DNA of 22,939 nucleotides from Candidatus Krumholzibacteriia bacterium (GTDB lineage: Bacteria > Krumholzibacteriota > Krumholzibacteriia > LZORAL124-64-63): contig JAZBOO010000116.1 of assembly GCA_036351155.1 (NCBI GenBank), positions 1 to 22,939 of the forward strand, in the 5' to 3' direction. Below, piece after piece: positions 8,593 to 17,665 of this stretch. The position numbers and the translations under genes were made by a program. The notes under the pieces were generated by a model. The model did not search any database, was not told where the DNA came from, and saw only the letters and a list, made by a program, of their open reading frames with translations. How positions within the stretch are numbered: position 1 is the stretch's first letter; each line of letters opens with the position of its first letter.

Positions 8593-10638
8593 TCACCGCA
8601 ACAGAACCATCTTCCGCGTCTGCACCTGACCCTCGGCCACGACCCGCGCCAGGTAGGTGCCCGAAGCCACCTCGCGACCGGTCTGGTCGCGCCCATTCCA
8701 GGTCACGGCATGACGGCCGGCGGGATAGATCTCGCTGGCCAGACGGGCCACTTCCCGCCCGGTCAGATCGTGGATGGTGAGTTGCACCGGGGAATCCTGG
8801 CTCAGGCTGAAATAGACCTCGGTGCGCGGGTTGAACGGGTTGGGCACGTTGGGTTCCAGCTGTACCACGGCGGGCTGGACCACCTCGGGAACCGACGACG
8901 GGCAGCTGCGCATGTGCGTGGCCACCAGGTCCCGGAACAGCTCCTTGGCCGCGGCACGCACCTTGTTGAAGGGGGGCTGCGAGGCATCGTCGCAGAACAC
9001 GCCGAACACGTAGCTCTTGGTTTCCCAGCCGTCATTGCAGATGGGCAGCGTGACCACGCCCGCCACCGAGACATATTCGTGCATCACCCCGACGGGAACC
9101 TCGAAGGTATAACCACCCGGCTTCCAGGCGAAGCGCATGGCGGCCTTGAACGAGGCGGCGTAGCCGTACCCCTGGTTGAGCGCCTCCTCATCCACCAGAT
9201 CAAACAGATCGCTGGTGAACCACCAGGGGCTGGCCGTGTCCTGGTTCTGCATCACGCTGTAAAAAAGATCGCGATGCGGGGCATTCAGCAGGTCGGTGGT
9301 TTCAATGCCTTCGTAAAGACGGCCGGCATCGCTCAGGGTCAGGCGGTTGGGGTTGGGCCAGGCCTCGCTGCCACAGCCCAGGGTATGATTCAGCTCGGTG
9401 CTGGTCATGCCGGCCACGTTTTGGGCGGTGTTTTCAATAACGTTGGCCCCGAAGTAGTCGGCGATGCCGCGGGTGGCCGCGTTGTCCGAGTTCACCATCA
9501 TGGCGGTCAAGACCGACTGCAGCGTGCCGGACGAATTGTCGATCCCCACCGGGCAGCTGCCGTTGTAGATGGTGGTGAAAGGGATCATGGTGGACATGAA
9601 CACGTTGCCGAACATGACCTGGCGGATGGCGTGGAAGTTGTGGATCGCCTTGATGGTGCTGGCCGGTTCGAACTGGACATCGGGCTGCAGGGCCGCCAGG
9701 GTGCTGCCTTCCACTTCCTTCAGGTACAACCCGGTGCTGCCGTCCGCTCCCCAGTCCAGGATGCTCGCCACCTCCACGGTCAGGCTGTTGCTGTTATTCA
9801 GCAGGACCAGGTTGTAGCGGTACGTGCCCGGGCTGATTTCGTAGGGGTCGATATCGACAATACGTGAGCCGGCCTGGCTGACCAGGTCCTCCATCTGACC
9901 GGCGGAAACGTTGTAGTACCACCACCAGGTGGCCGGGGTGTGATAGCTGTTGGAAATCAGAATGGCGTCGATGGTGACTTCGTCGGGGTCGCGCACCTCG
10001 AACTCAAGGATGCGCATGTTGTTTTCATTCATCCAGTTCACAACGTCGGCCACGGAAGTGTTGTAGAACCAGCCCCAGGGCGTTTCATCGTCGCCCGTGT
10101 TGCTGATCATGATCACGGCGAAGACCCGCCGACCAATCACGTTCACGTAGCTTTCGATGTCCACCAGGCGCGCATCGTTGGCCTCCAGCAGGCCGCCGAG
10201 CTGGCTGTCGGTCACGTTCACGTACCACCACCAGGCCTTGTTCTGGCTGCCCGTGTTGGGCACCATGACGATGGCGAACCGGTCGGTACCATCAATCTCG
10301 TAGCGCTCGATGTCGATCAATCGGCCGGTGTTCTCATCGATCACCTGCCCCACTTGCTCCAGGGTCAGGCCGAAGTACCACCACCAATCCGAGGCGTACT
10401 CGCCCGAGTTCTTGACGAAGGCGGCGGTGAAGCGCAATGGGCTTGTGCTGTGGATTTCGATGTCGATGATCCGGCTGTCGGTTTCCTCGATGATGTCGTT
10501 GAGTTCGGCTGCAGTCTGGTTGTAGTAGTAGTACCAGCCGGTCTGGGTGTCGCTGATGCGGTGAGTCTCGGCGTGGGCAGGAGTGAGGGTGACAGTCAGA
10601 AGCAGGAACAATATCAGGAACTTTTTCAAGGGTAACAT
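8593..10638 (-). CDS. Secreted serine hydrolase (beta-lactamase/PBP fold) with five N-terminal polyglycine-hydrolase-like repeats and a C-terminal FlgD-Ig/T9SS-like domain
   Basis: GGAGG RBS before ATG 10638, signal peptide ending AHA. Five ~50-aa repeats (W-W-W-Y...R-I/L-x-D-I-E...N). Motifs PASTIK (SxxK), SDN and KPG. C-terminal 'NVPNPFNPRTEV...TRKMVLLR'. Confidence 0.8.
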   Translation of the reverse strand: MLPLKKFLILFLLLTVTLTPAHAETHRISDTQTGWYYYYNQTAAELNDIIEETDSRIIDIEIHSTSPLRFTAAFVKNSGEYASDWWWYFGLTLEQVGQVIDENTGRLIDIERYEIDGTDRFAIVMVPNTGSQNKAWWWYVNVTDSQLGGLLEANDARLVDIESYVNVIGRRVFAVIMISNTGDDETPWGWFYNTSVADVVNWMNENNMRILEFEVRDPDEVTIDAILISNSYHTPATWWWYYNVSAGQMEDLVSQAGSRIVDIDPYEISPGTYRYNLVLLNNSNSLTVEVASILDWGADGSTGLYLKEVEGSTLAALQPDVQFEPASTIKAIHNFHAIRQVMFGNVFMSTMIPFTTIYNGSCPVGIDNSSGTLQSVLTAMMVNSDNAATRGIADYFGANVIENTAQNVAGMTSTELNHTLGCGSEAWPNPNRLTLSDAGRLYEGIETTDLLNAPHRDLFYSVMQNQDTASPWWFTSDLFDLVDEEALNQGYGYAASFKAAMRFAWKPGGYTFEVPVGVMHEYVSVAGVVTLPICNDGWETKSYVFGVFCDDASQPPFNKVRAAAKELFRDLVATHMRSCPSSVPEVVQPAVVQLEPNVPNPFNPRTEVYFSLSQDSPVQLTIHDLTGREVARLASEIYPAGRHAVTWNGRDQTGREVASGTYLARVVAEGQVQTRKMVLLR

Positions 10639-10851
10639 GGGCGAACCTCCGCGTTGGGCGTGCAAAACGCGCATTCAACCGGGCAACCCACCATGATTTC
10701 CGGACTGACAATCCCCACCCAGGCCCGGAAGCAAAAGACTACCTACAAACTCCAATTTGCGCAAACGGGTCTGGTGGCTTCTGCTGGGCGGTCTGAGGGG
10801 TTTCTGGGTGGCTCCTGGAAAGTTGAAAAACATCCTCAAACATCCATCGTT

Positions 10852-10867
10852 TGGCCAAGTTTTTGCC
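10852..10867 (+). promoter_or_regulatory. Possible sigma54 -24/-12 promoter
   Basis: TGGCCAAGTTTTTGCC fits GG-N10-GC and resembles TGGCAC-N5-TTGC, about 55 nt upstream of the lipoprotein ATG. Confidence 0.35.
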
Positions 10868-10921
10868 AAATAGGTATCTCTAGTGCATTTTTGTGTTGTC
10901 GATTCATGGGAGGATTGGAAG

Positions 10922-11722
10922 ATGACCGCCTGGAAATACGCCCGTTTGACCTCTTTGCTGATCTGCTGTGGACTCTTTTTCATCGGCTGCAGCAGCAGCG
11001 ACGAGAACAACCCCGCCAACCCGGGCGGCACACCCACTCTGACCCTGTCCGGTGAAGAGGCCGAGGATTTTTCGACGAGCGCCTTGACCATGGTCAACCA
11101 GATCGTGGACATCATTCCTCAGTTTGCCGAGGGCGATTTCGACACCTGGGCTGCTGCAAAAACGCAGGACCAGGAAATCCACTGGGACCCGCAGCAGGAA
11201 GCTTACGTCTTCAATTTCAATGGTCCGATCCTGGAACTTGAACCCCCCAGCTACTGGACCATGAGCCTGGGCATCTGGCTACAGTACCGGGACGCGATGG
11301 ATAATCCCCTGGAGAGCCCGCTGGGCGCGGTGTCCTTCGAAATGGATTACACCACCGGCATGGCCATGCACATGCAGGAAGGCCAGGAGTATTCGGACCT
11401 GGAATACCTGATGACCACCAACGTGACGGTCAGCTACCAGGGTGAAGGCGCCTACGGAATCGTGGGCACCGGCAGCGCCGTGGTGGAAGTTGAGCAGGAA
11501 ACAGCCCAGATGTCCGAGTCGGGCCAGTTCACCATGGACTGGACCCTGGACATCAGCACCAGCGCATCGGGTTGCCCCAGTGGCACGGCTTCGGTGCATT
11601 GCCAGGACTTCACCATGGGTGCGGTTTACGATGGGGAAGGCGGCGTGGCCTGGACCCTGGTGGGCAACAACTATCAGGCCAGCGGCAACGAGTACGTGGG
11701 TTGCGGCCAGCCGGTGAACTAG
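10922..11722 (+). CDS. Hypothetical lipoprotein
   Basis: GGAGG RBS before ATG 10922, lipobox 'FFIGC' followed by a SSSDENNPANPGG linker, acidic beta-rich body. Confidence 0.75.
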   Translation: MTAWKYARLTSLLICCGLFFIGCSSSDENNPANPGGTPTLTLSGEEAEDFSTSALTMVNQIVDIIPQFAEGDFDTWAAAKTQDQEIHWDPQQEAYVFNFNGPILELEPPSYWTMSLGIWLQYRDAMDNPLESPLGAVSFEMDYTTGMAMHMQEGQEYSDLEYLMTTNVTVSYQGEGAYGIVGTGSAVVEVEQETAQMSESGQFTMDWTLDISTSASGCPSGTASVHCQDFTMGAVYDGEGGVAWTLVGNNYQASGNEYVGCGQPVN

Positions 11723-11728
11723 GTCATT

Positions 11729-11744
11729 CACCAAAGGGTTGGAA
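11729..11744. repeat. Dispersed palindrome, degenerate copy 2
   Basis: caCCAA-AGGG-TTGGAA starting 7 nt after the 11722 stop. Confidence 0.45.
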
Positions 11745-11747
11745 TTT

Positions 11748-11791
11748 GAAACTCCGGTCGCCATAATGGGGCTGCCGGAGTTTCTTTTTTT
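11748..11791 (+). terminator. Rho-independent terminator
   Basis: 10-bp stem GAAACTCCGG/CCGGAGTTTC followed by a run of 7 T. Confidence 0.8.
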
Positions 11792-11805
11792 CCAGGAGGC
11801 GGCCC

Positions 11806-12237
11806 TTGCGTACACGAAAAATATTTCGGATGATCCTGATCGGCTACTGGGTTTCGGTGGGGATCAACCTGGGGGTTTCTACCTGGAGCAGCAAGCTCAT
11901 CTCTCCCGACTTCTTTGCCGTATTCCAGAGCGTGGACATTGATGTTCACCCGACCCTCAGAAGCGTGGCTCTGATCGTGGGAGTCCTTTGCCCGATCATT
12001 CTGGTCATCTCCTCCACCATGCTGTTCAACTTCAGATCAGGAGCGCGCCGCTACTTCCTGGGTGCCCTGGTGGTGATGTGGATGACCGGATTCTTTCTGG
12101 GTCCGGTGGTGAGGCTCAGCTGGGTTTATCCGTTCAGTGAACTTCATGTTTTTCTGGGAGGTTGCGTGGTGGCCGCCAGTTACCTGGGCGGAGCCATGGA
12201 GGACCCGCTCCCCGAGGTGGAGCAGGTCTTCGGATAG
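11806..12237 (+). CDS. Hypothetical integral membrane protein (about 4 TM segments)
   Basis: AGGAGG RBS at 11794-11799 before TTG, hydrophobic segments, fills the gap up to the convergent permease gene. Confidence 0.6.
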   Translation: MRTRKIFRMILIGYWVSVGINLGVSTWSSKLISPDFFAVFQSVDIDVHPTLRSVALIVGVLCPIILVISSTMLFNFRSGARRYFLGALVVMWMTGFFLGPVVRLSWVYPFSELHVFLGGCVVAASYLGGAMEDPLPEVEQVFG

Positions 12238-12253
12238 TCCCAGGTCAGGAACT

Positions 12254-13375
12254 TCAGGCTCCCGCCCCACTGAGCGCATGTCCCGCCGTGGCGCGCCCCA
12301 GCTCGGTCAGCAGCAGGCGATCTCCGGCCTTCTCGACCAGCCCGCGACGTAAGGCTCCGGCCACCACGTCGCGGGTGAACTCGGGAGTCCAGCCCACGTG
12401 CTTGCCGTGCAGGTGCTCCACACGTGACTCCTCGATCTCCTCGGGCGATCCTTCATGGTGTACCAGGTGGATGGCCAGCATGACCTCGGCAAACTGGTAG
12501 CGCTGCCGCCGTCGCCGCCGCATCACGGCCACCAGTCCACGGTCCGGTGCGACAAGGAACACGGCGAAGAACACCACACCCACGGCCACGGCCATGCAGC
12601 CGGCAATCGAGGCGTCGATCCAGAAGGCCAGCCCGAATCCGAGGGTTGCTGCCAGGGCGCCCAGTCCCACGGCCAGCCCCAGCAGCACGGCCAGGCGGTC
12701 GGTCAGCAGGTAGGCCGCGGCTGGCGGACCGATCATCAGTGCGACCACCAGGATGAGCCCCACCGCATCGAAGGCGCCCACCGCGGTCACCGACACCAGC
12801 GACATCAAGCCGTAGTGCAGAACCACCGGGGCCAGCCCCAGGCTGGCGGCCAGGCCGGGATCGAAGGTGGCGATCTTCAGCTCCTTGTAGAACAGGGTGA
12901 TCAAGGTGGTGCTGATCAGCAAGATGCCGCTCATGAGCCACAGAGCGCGGGGGCCCAGGTCGTGTCCGGCCACCATGAATCGGTCGAACGGCGCAAAGGC
13001 CAGCTCACCCAGCAGCACCGCGTCCACATCCAGGTGCACGTTGCCCGCGTAGCGGGTGATCAGGATGATGCCCAGCGAGAAGAGCGCCGGAAAAACCAGG
13101 CCCATGGCCGCGTCTTCCTTGAGCAGGCGGGTGGTGGTGATGACCTCGACCAGCGCCACGGTCAGCACCCCGGTGGCGGCGGCTCCGACCACCAGCCAGG
13201 GCGAAGTCAGGTCGCCGGTCAGGAAAAAGGCGATCACGATGCCGGGCAGGATGGCGTGGCTGATGGCGTCGGACAGCATGCTCAAACGGCGCAGCATCAG
13301 GAAGGTGCCCACCAGGGCGCAGGCGGCCGAAGTCACCACGGCGATGCCCAGGATGGACCACATGGAAGCGTTCAT
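12254..13375 (-). CDS. troD: Mn/Zn/Fe ABC transporter permease (TroD/MntD-like) with C-terminal winged-helix-like extension
   Basis: 'LRRLSMLSDAISHAILPG', 'YKELKIATFDPGLA' and 'AFDAVGLILVVALMIGPPAAAYLLTD' ABC-3 family motifs. Confidence 0.88.
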   Translation of the reverse strand: MNASMWSILGIAVVTSAACALVGTFLMLRRLSMLSDAISHAILPGIVIAFFLTGDLTSPWLVVGAAATGVLTVALVEVITTTRLLKEDAAMGLVFPALFSLGIILITRYAGNVHLDVDAVLLGELAFAPFDRFMVAGHDLGPRALWLMSGILLISTTLITLFYKELKIATFDPGLAASLGLAPVVLHYGLMSLVSVTAVGAFDAVGLILVVALMIGPPAAAYLLTDRLAVLLGLAVGLGALAATLGFGLAFWIDASIAGCMAVAVGVVFFAVFLVAPDRGLVAVMRRRRRQRYQFAEVMLAIHLVHHEGSPEEIEESRVEHLHGKHVGWTPEFTRDVVAGALRRGLVEKAGDRLLLTELGRATAGHALSGAGA

Positions 13376-14511
13376 GCCGGCTCTCCTCCCTCGGCCAGGG
13401 TGCCGTGCACCAGATGTCGGCCCCGATCCACACCCTCGGGGGTCAGGCGCCAGCGGCCGTCCGGCTCCAGGGCGGTCAACCCCTGCCGGGCAAGCTCGGC
13501 CAGACCCTTGTCCACCGCCTCGCCCGACCGCATGGCCACCAGAACGGGCACTTCGTGAGGGGCTTCGGCCGGTTCAGGATGCTGATCGGCCAGACGATAC
13601 AGATCGGCCAGGATGCTGTCCGAGGCGACCTGCTTGCGCTGACTCAGGGTGCGCAACCAGCCGGCCACCACGCCGCGACGGGGGGCAAAAAGCAGGGACA
13701 GCACGGTGATCAGGGTGATGGCCATGATGATGGTCGGACCGGTGGGCAGACGGGGAATCAAGCTGGAAACCAGGGCTCCGATCAGCCCGCTCAGGGCGCC
13801 GAAGAAGCCGGCCAGGGCCACCAGGACGCCCAGACGATCGGTCCATTGACGAGCAGCGGCCGCGGGGGTGACGATCATGGCGCTCATCAGCACCACGCCC
13901 ACCGTTTGCAGCCCGATGACGATGGCGATCACCAGCAAGGTGGTGAGCCCCACATTCAGACCCTTGACCGGCAGACCCAGGGCGCCGGCAAACTCGGGGT
14001 CGAAACTCAGGAGCTTGAATTCTTTCCAGAGCAGCATCAGGACGATCAGCACGGCCAGGCCCAGTCCGGCCATGGTCACCAGATCTTCGCCCACCAGGGT
14101 GGCGGCCTGCCCGAACAGGAAGTGGTCCAGTCCGGCCATGCCTTCACCGGCCGTGCGCTGAATCACGGACAGCAGCACCATGCCCAGCCCAAAAAAGGTG
14201 GAGAGCATGAGGCCCAGGGCCGTGTCCATCTTGATGCGGGTGGTGCGCACCACCAGCAACACCAGCAGCGAGGCCACCCAGCCGGAAAGCGCGGCGCCAA
14301 TCACCAGGATGAGCGGGGTCTTGCTGCCGGTGACCATGAAGGCCAGGACAATGCCGGGCAGGGCGGCGTGGCTCACCGCATCGCCCAGCAGGCTCTGCCG
14401 ACGCAGCACGGCAAACGCCCCCAGCGCCCCGGCCACCAGACCCAGGGTGGCCGAGCCCAGCGCCACGGTGCGCAGGGTGTAGTCGGTCATGAATTCAAGA
14501 ATACCGCTCAT
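13372..14511 (-). CDS. troC: Mn/Zn/Fe ABC transporter permease (TroC/MntC-like) with C-terminal winged-helix-like extension
   Basis: '[18 protein letters not shown]', '[14 protein letters not shown]' and '[26 protein letters not shown]'; 4-nt overlaps with both neighbours. Confidence 0.88.
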   Translation of the reverse strand: MSGILEFMTDYTLRTVALGSATLGLVAGALGAFAVLRRQSLLGDAVSHAALPGIVLAFMVTGSKTPLILVIGAALSGWVASLLVLLVVRTTRIKMDTALGLMLSTFFGLGMVLLSVIQRTAGEGMAGLDHFLFGQAATLVGEDLVTMAGLGLAVLIVLMLLWKEFKLLSFDPEFAGALGLPVKGLNVGLTTLLVIAIVIGLQTVGVVLMSAMIVTPAAAARQWTDRLGVLVALAGFFGALSGLIGALVSSLIPRLPTGPTIIMAITLITVLSLLFAPRRGVVAGWLRTLSQRKQVASDSILADLYRLADQHPEPAEAPHEVPVLVAMRSGEAVDKGLAELARQGLTALEPDGRWRLTPEGVDRGRHLVHGTLAEGGEPA

Positions 14512-15323
14512 GGCCTGATCCGCCCCAGTCCGCGCAGATCCTCGTCGATGTCATTCTCGGGCTCTCGCCGGGTCCGGCCCTCCAGGAACTCCACCCGTCC
14601 GCCGTAGGCCAGCCGCAAGTTCTCCTGATTGAACACCGCATTGACCGGCCCGCAGGCAATGCGCCGCACGTTCAGCAAGGTGATCCAGTCGAAATATTCC
14701 TTCACCGTCTGCAGATCGTGGTGCACCACCACCACGGTGCGGCCCAGTGCGCGCAGCTCCTTCAACAGGTCGACGATGGCCCGTTCGGTCCGGGCATCCA
14801 CCCCCTGGAAGGGCTCGTCCATGAAGTAGATCTGGGCGTCCTGCACCAGGGCCCGCGCCAGGAACACCCGCTGTTGCTGTCCGCCTGAAAGCTGGCTGAT
14901 CTGGCGGTCGGCAAACTCGTTCATGCCCACCTTTTCCAGGGCCTCGGCCGCTAGCTTGCGCTCGTTGGCGCCGGGCCGCTTGAACCAGCTGAGGGCGCCG
15001 TACCGGCCCATCATCACCACGTCGCGCACGGTGGTGGGAAAATCCCAGTCCACGCTGCCGCGCTGGGGCACGTAACCCACCAGGTGGCGCTGCTGGGCGT
15101 AGGGCTTGCCCAGGATCTGCACCCGACCGGCCGCGGTGGGCACCAGTCCCAGGATGGCCTTGATCATGGTGGTCTTGCCGGCGCCGTTGGGACCCATGAC
15201 AGCCATCAGCTTGCCGGCGGGAACTTCCAGATCGATGTCCCACAGCACGGGCCGATGATGGTAGGCCACGGTCAAGTCGGTGACCCGGACGGCCAGCTTG
15301 TCGGTGGTGGCAGTCTCACTCAT
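14508..15323 (-). CDS. troB: Metal ABC transporter ATP-binding protein (TroB/MntB-like)
   Basis: Walker A GPNGAGKT, '[15 protein letters not shown]', signature LSGGQQQR, Walker B YFMDEP, 'VHHDL'; ATG 15323 overlaps the upstream gene's end. Confidence 0.92.
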   Translation of the reverse strand: MSETATTDKLAVRVTDLTVAYHHRPVLWDIDLEVPAGKLMAVMGPNGAGKTTMIKAILGLVPTAAGRVQILGKPYAQQRHLVGYVPQRGSVDWDFPTTVRDVVMMGRYGALSWFKRPGANERKLAAEALEKVGMNEFADRQISQLSGGQQQRVFLARALVQDAQIYFMDEPFQGVDARTERAIVDLLKELRALGRTVVVVHHDLQTVKEYFDWITLLNVRRIACGPVNAVFNQENLRLAYGGRVEFLEGRTRREPENDIDEDLRGLGRIRP

Positions 15324-16275
15324 GATGGCCCGTGCTTTCTCCCCGCAGGGCGGCCGTGATGGTGTCGACATTGTACCGGACCATGCCGATGTAGGTGCCC
15401 GCCGGGGTGTCCGCGTTGCCCAGGGCGTCGCTGAAGATTTCGCCGCCGATCACCACCTCGAAACCCCGGGACTTGACCGCTTCCTTCACCGCGTTGACCG
15501 CCCGCGGCGACACGGACGACTCGATGAAGATGGCGGGGATCTTCTGCTCGGCAATGTGCGCGGCCAGTTCCTGAACATCGCGGGTGCCGGCCTCGGTGGC
15601 GGTGCTGATGCCCTGCAGTCCGCGCACCTCCAGGCCATAGGCCCGTCCCAGATAATTGAAGGCGTCGTGGGCGGTGATCATGACCCGCTGCTGGGGCGGG
15701 ATGGTTTCCAGCTGCCGGGTCACATAGACGTTCAGCTCGGCCAGCTGGGCGGTGTACTCGGCCCCCCGTTCGCGATAGTCATCCGCATGGGTGGGATCCT
15801 TCTCGGACAGGATCTTGACCACCGCGGGGATGGCCTGGCTCCAAAGCCCCACGTCAAACCAGATGTGGGGATCGTGGGAGCGCTGGAAGGCATCGGGGGA
15901 AATGAGACGCGCCGGATCCACGGCTTCGCCCACCGCCAGCACGGGCTTGGTCCGTCCCAGCTGCTCGATGACCTCGCCCATCTTGGCCTCGAGGTGCAGC
16001 CCGTTGTAGAAGATGATGTCGGCACTGCGCAGCCGCTCCACGTCGCGGGCGCTGGCCTTGTACAGGTGGGGGTCGATGCCCGGGCCCATCAGGGCTTGCA
16101 CCTGCACGCGGTCGCCGCCCACATTGGCCACCATGTCGGCCACCTGGCCGGTGGTGGTCACGATGTTGAGCGGGGCGTTGGGGTCGGCGGCCTTGTCTGT
16201 GCCTTCGTTGGCTCCGCAGCCGGCCAGGAGCAGGGCGAAAATCACCACGGCTGCACTCTTGATCATCCCTGACAT
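15316..16275 (-). CDS. troA: Metal ABC transporter substrate-binding lipoprotein (TroA/MntA-like)
   Basis: GGAGG RBS before ATG 16275, lipobox LLAGC, metal ligands in DPHLY, DPHIW, AHDAF and FSD (His3-Asp, TroA type). Confidence 0.92.
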   Translation of the reverse strand: MSGMIKSAAVVIFALLLAGCGANEGTDKAADPNAPLNIVTTTGQVADMVANVGGDRVQVQALMGPGIDPHLYKASARDVERLRSADIIFYNGLHLEAKMGEVIEQLGRTKPVLAVGEAVDPARLISPDAFQRSHDPHIWFDVGLWSQAIPAVVKILSEKDPTHADDYRERGAEYTAQLAELNVYVTRQLETIPPQQRVMITAHDAFNYLGRAYGLEVRGLQGISTATEAGTRDVQELAAHIAEQKIPAIFIESSVSPRAVNAVKEAVKSRGFEVVIGGEIFSDALGNADTPAGTYIGMVRYNVDTITAALRGESTGHHE

Positions 16276-16417
16276 GACATCCTCCGGGGTATCGGTTCCA
16301 CTTTCCCTCCAGTGTGACATGGACCTGGGGGAAGCACAACGGCTCGGGTGAATATAGTGCAACTTTGCCCATTCTGGCGCGTCTTGGATTTACCCCCGGA
16401 CAAAAAAAGGATGTCCC

Positions 16418-17626
16418 ATGAACCGACTCCTCCTGCCAGTTTTCCTCCTGCTGATCGTTTCCGGCGTGGCCTGGTCAGGGCCTCTGATCGTGGAGAATCC
16501 GCAACACCCGAGGGACGGGGCCTGTGAGATCGCCCTGAAGGAGATCTGGCGCCACGGCGGAGAAGACAGCGAGCTGTTTTTCGGCAATGTGCTCCAGGTC
16601 ATCCCGGCGGGCCAGGGTGGTGCCTACGTGCTGGATTCCCAGCTGCTCAAGGTGTTCCACCTGGACGCTCAGGGGCAATTGATCGGCACCCTGGGTGGGC
16701 AGGGTGAAGGGCCCGGCGAAATCAACAATGTCAACAGCATCATGAACCTGCCGGACGGCAACCTGGGCATGGGACAGGTCTTGCCCGGAGTGGTGGCCTG
16801 CCTGCAACCGGACGGAACGCCGGCGGGGAAAATCCACATCCATGACCGCGAAGATGCAGGGAGCACCTTTGTCCTTTTCATGGATGGCTGGGCTCAGGGT
16901 GAGAATCTGCTGGCCATCGCCATGCGCTGGCGCATGCCTGGAGCCTCCACCATGGTCCAGGACATGTACCTGCGCTCGTACGATCTGCAAGGGCAGCCCC
17001 TGGTCGACTTTCTTCACAAGAAAACCGAGTTCAATCTGGCCGATTTCGTCTTCACCGAGAAAGGCTATGATTTCGTCTGGACTCGTTGTGGAGTTCTTCC
17101 GGGAGGACAGGCTGTATTTGTGCCCGAACGCGACGCCTACGCCATCCACGTGGCGCGGCCGGATGGACAGCTGGAGCGGATCATCAAAAAGGAGGAAGAG
17201 CCCTGGCGCCGTGATGCCCACCAGAAAGAGGAGGCCCGCCTGAGCCATGCCGCGGTGGCTTCCCACTATGGACGCGAGGTACGGGGTGTGGAGGCTGAAA
17301 AAACCGATCCCGCGGTGACGGCCTTGACCGTTCTGGAAGATGGCCGCCTCTGGGTACGATCCAGCCAGGGAGACAGGGCGCGTGAGCCCGGCTTGCTGAC
17401 GACCCTTGATGAATTTGACCCCGAGGGCCTTTTCATTCGCACCCTCAAGCTGCGGGGACCCGGCGATCCCGCCCAGGACGCCATTCATATCCTGTCAGGC
17501 AGCAGGCTGGTCCTGGTCACCGGAGCAGCCCAGGCCTATCGCCGCGAACAGAACACCGAGCGGGCCGATTCTCAGGACGATGAAAAGCCGGTGGAAGTCA
17601 TCTGTTACCAGTTGGTTGCGCGTTAG
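16418..17626 (+). CDS. Secreted 6-bladed beta-propeller (NHL-like) protein
   Basis: Signal peptide, 'YVLDSQLLKVFHLDAQGQLIGTLGGQGEGPGEI' blade motif, 'LDEFDPEGLFIRT'. Confidence 0.7.
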   Translation: MNRLLLPVFLLLIVSGVAWSGPLIVENPQHPRDGACEIALKEIWRHGGEDSELFFGNVLQVIPAGQGGAYVLDSQLLKVFHLDAQGQLIGTLGGQGEGPGEINNVNSIMNLPDGNLGMGQVLPGVVACLQPDGTPAGKIHIHDREDAGSTFVLFMDGWAQGENLLAIAMRWRMPGASTMVQDMYLRSYDLQGQPLVDFLHKKTEFNLADFVFTEKGYDFVWTRCGVLPGGQAVFVPERDAYAIHVARPDGQLERIIKKEEEPWRRDAHQKEEARLSHAAVASHYGREVRGVEAEKTDPAVTALTVLEDGRLWVRSSQGDRAREPGLLTTLDEFDPEGLFIRTLKLRGPGDPAQDAIHILSGSRLVLVTGAAQAYRREQNTERADSQDDEKPVEVICYQLVAR

Positions 17627-17634
17627 CCCAGCAT

Positions 17635-17652
17635 TTTCCAACCGGTTGGAAA
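17635..17652. repeat. Dispersed palindrome, copy 3 (perfect)
   Basis: TTTCCAACCGGTTGGAAA, a perfect 18-bp palindrome starting 9 nt after the 17626 stop. Confidence 0.65.
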
Positions 17653-17665
17653 GTTTTTCAGGGCC

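Noticed and set aside
8593..10638. Class A beta-lactamase resistance gene
   Set aside because: SxxK and SDN are present, but no Glu166-type omega-loop motif is seen and the multidomain architecture is unlike resistance enzymes
16276..16417. yybP-ykoY riboswitch or DtxR/MntR/Zur box upstream of troA
   Set aside because: No convincing palindrome or riboswitch consensus is recognisable by eye
17635..17652. Palindromes as integron attC sites or CRISPR repeats
   Set aside because: They contain AAC/GTT but are far shorter than attC and do not fit RYYYAAC/GTTRRRY. They are kilobases apart with no regular spacers, and no integrase or cas gene is in the window.
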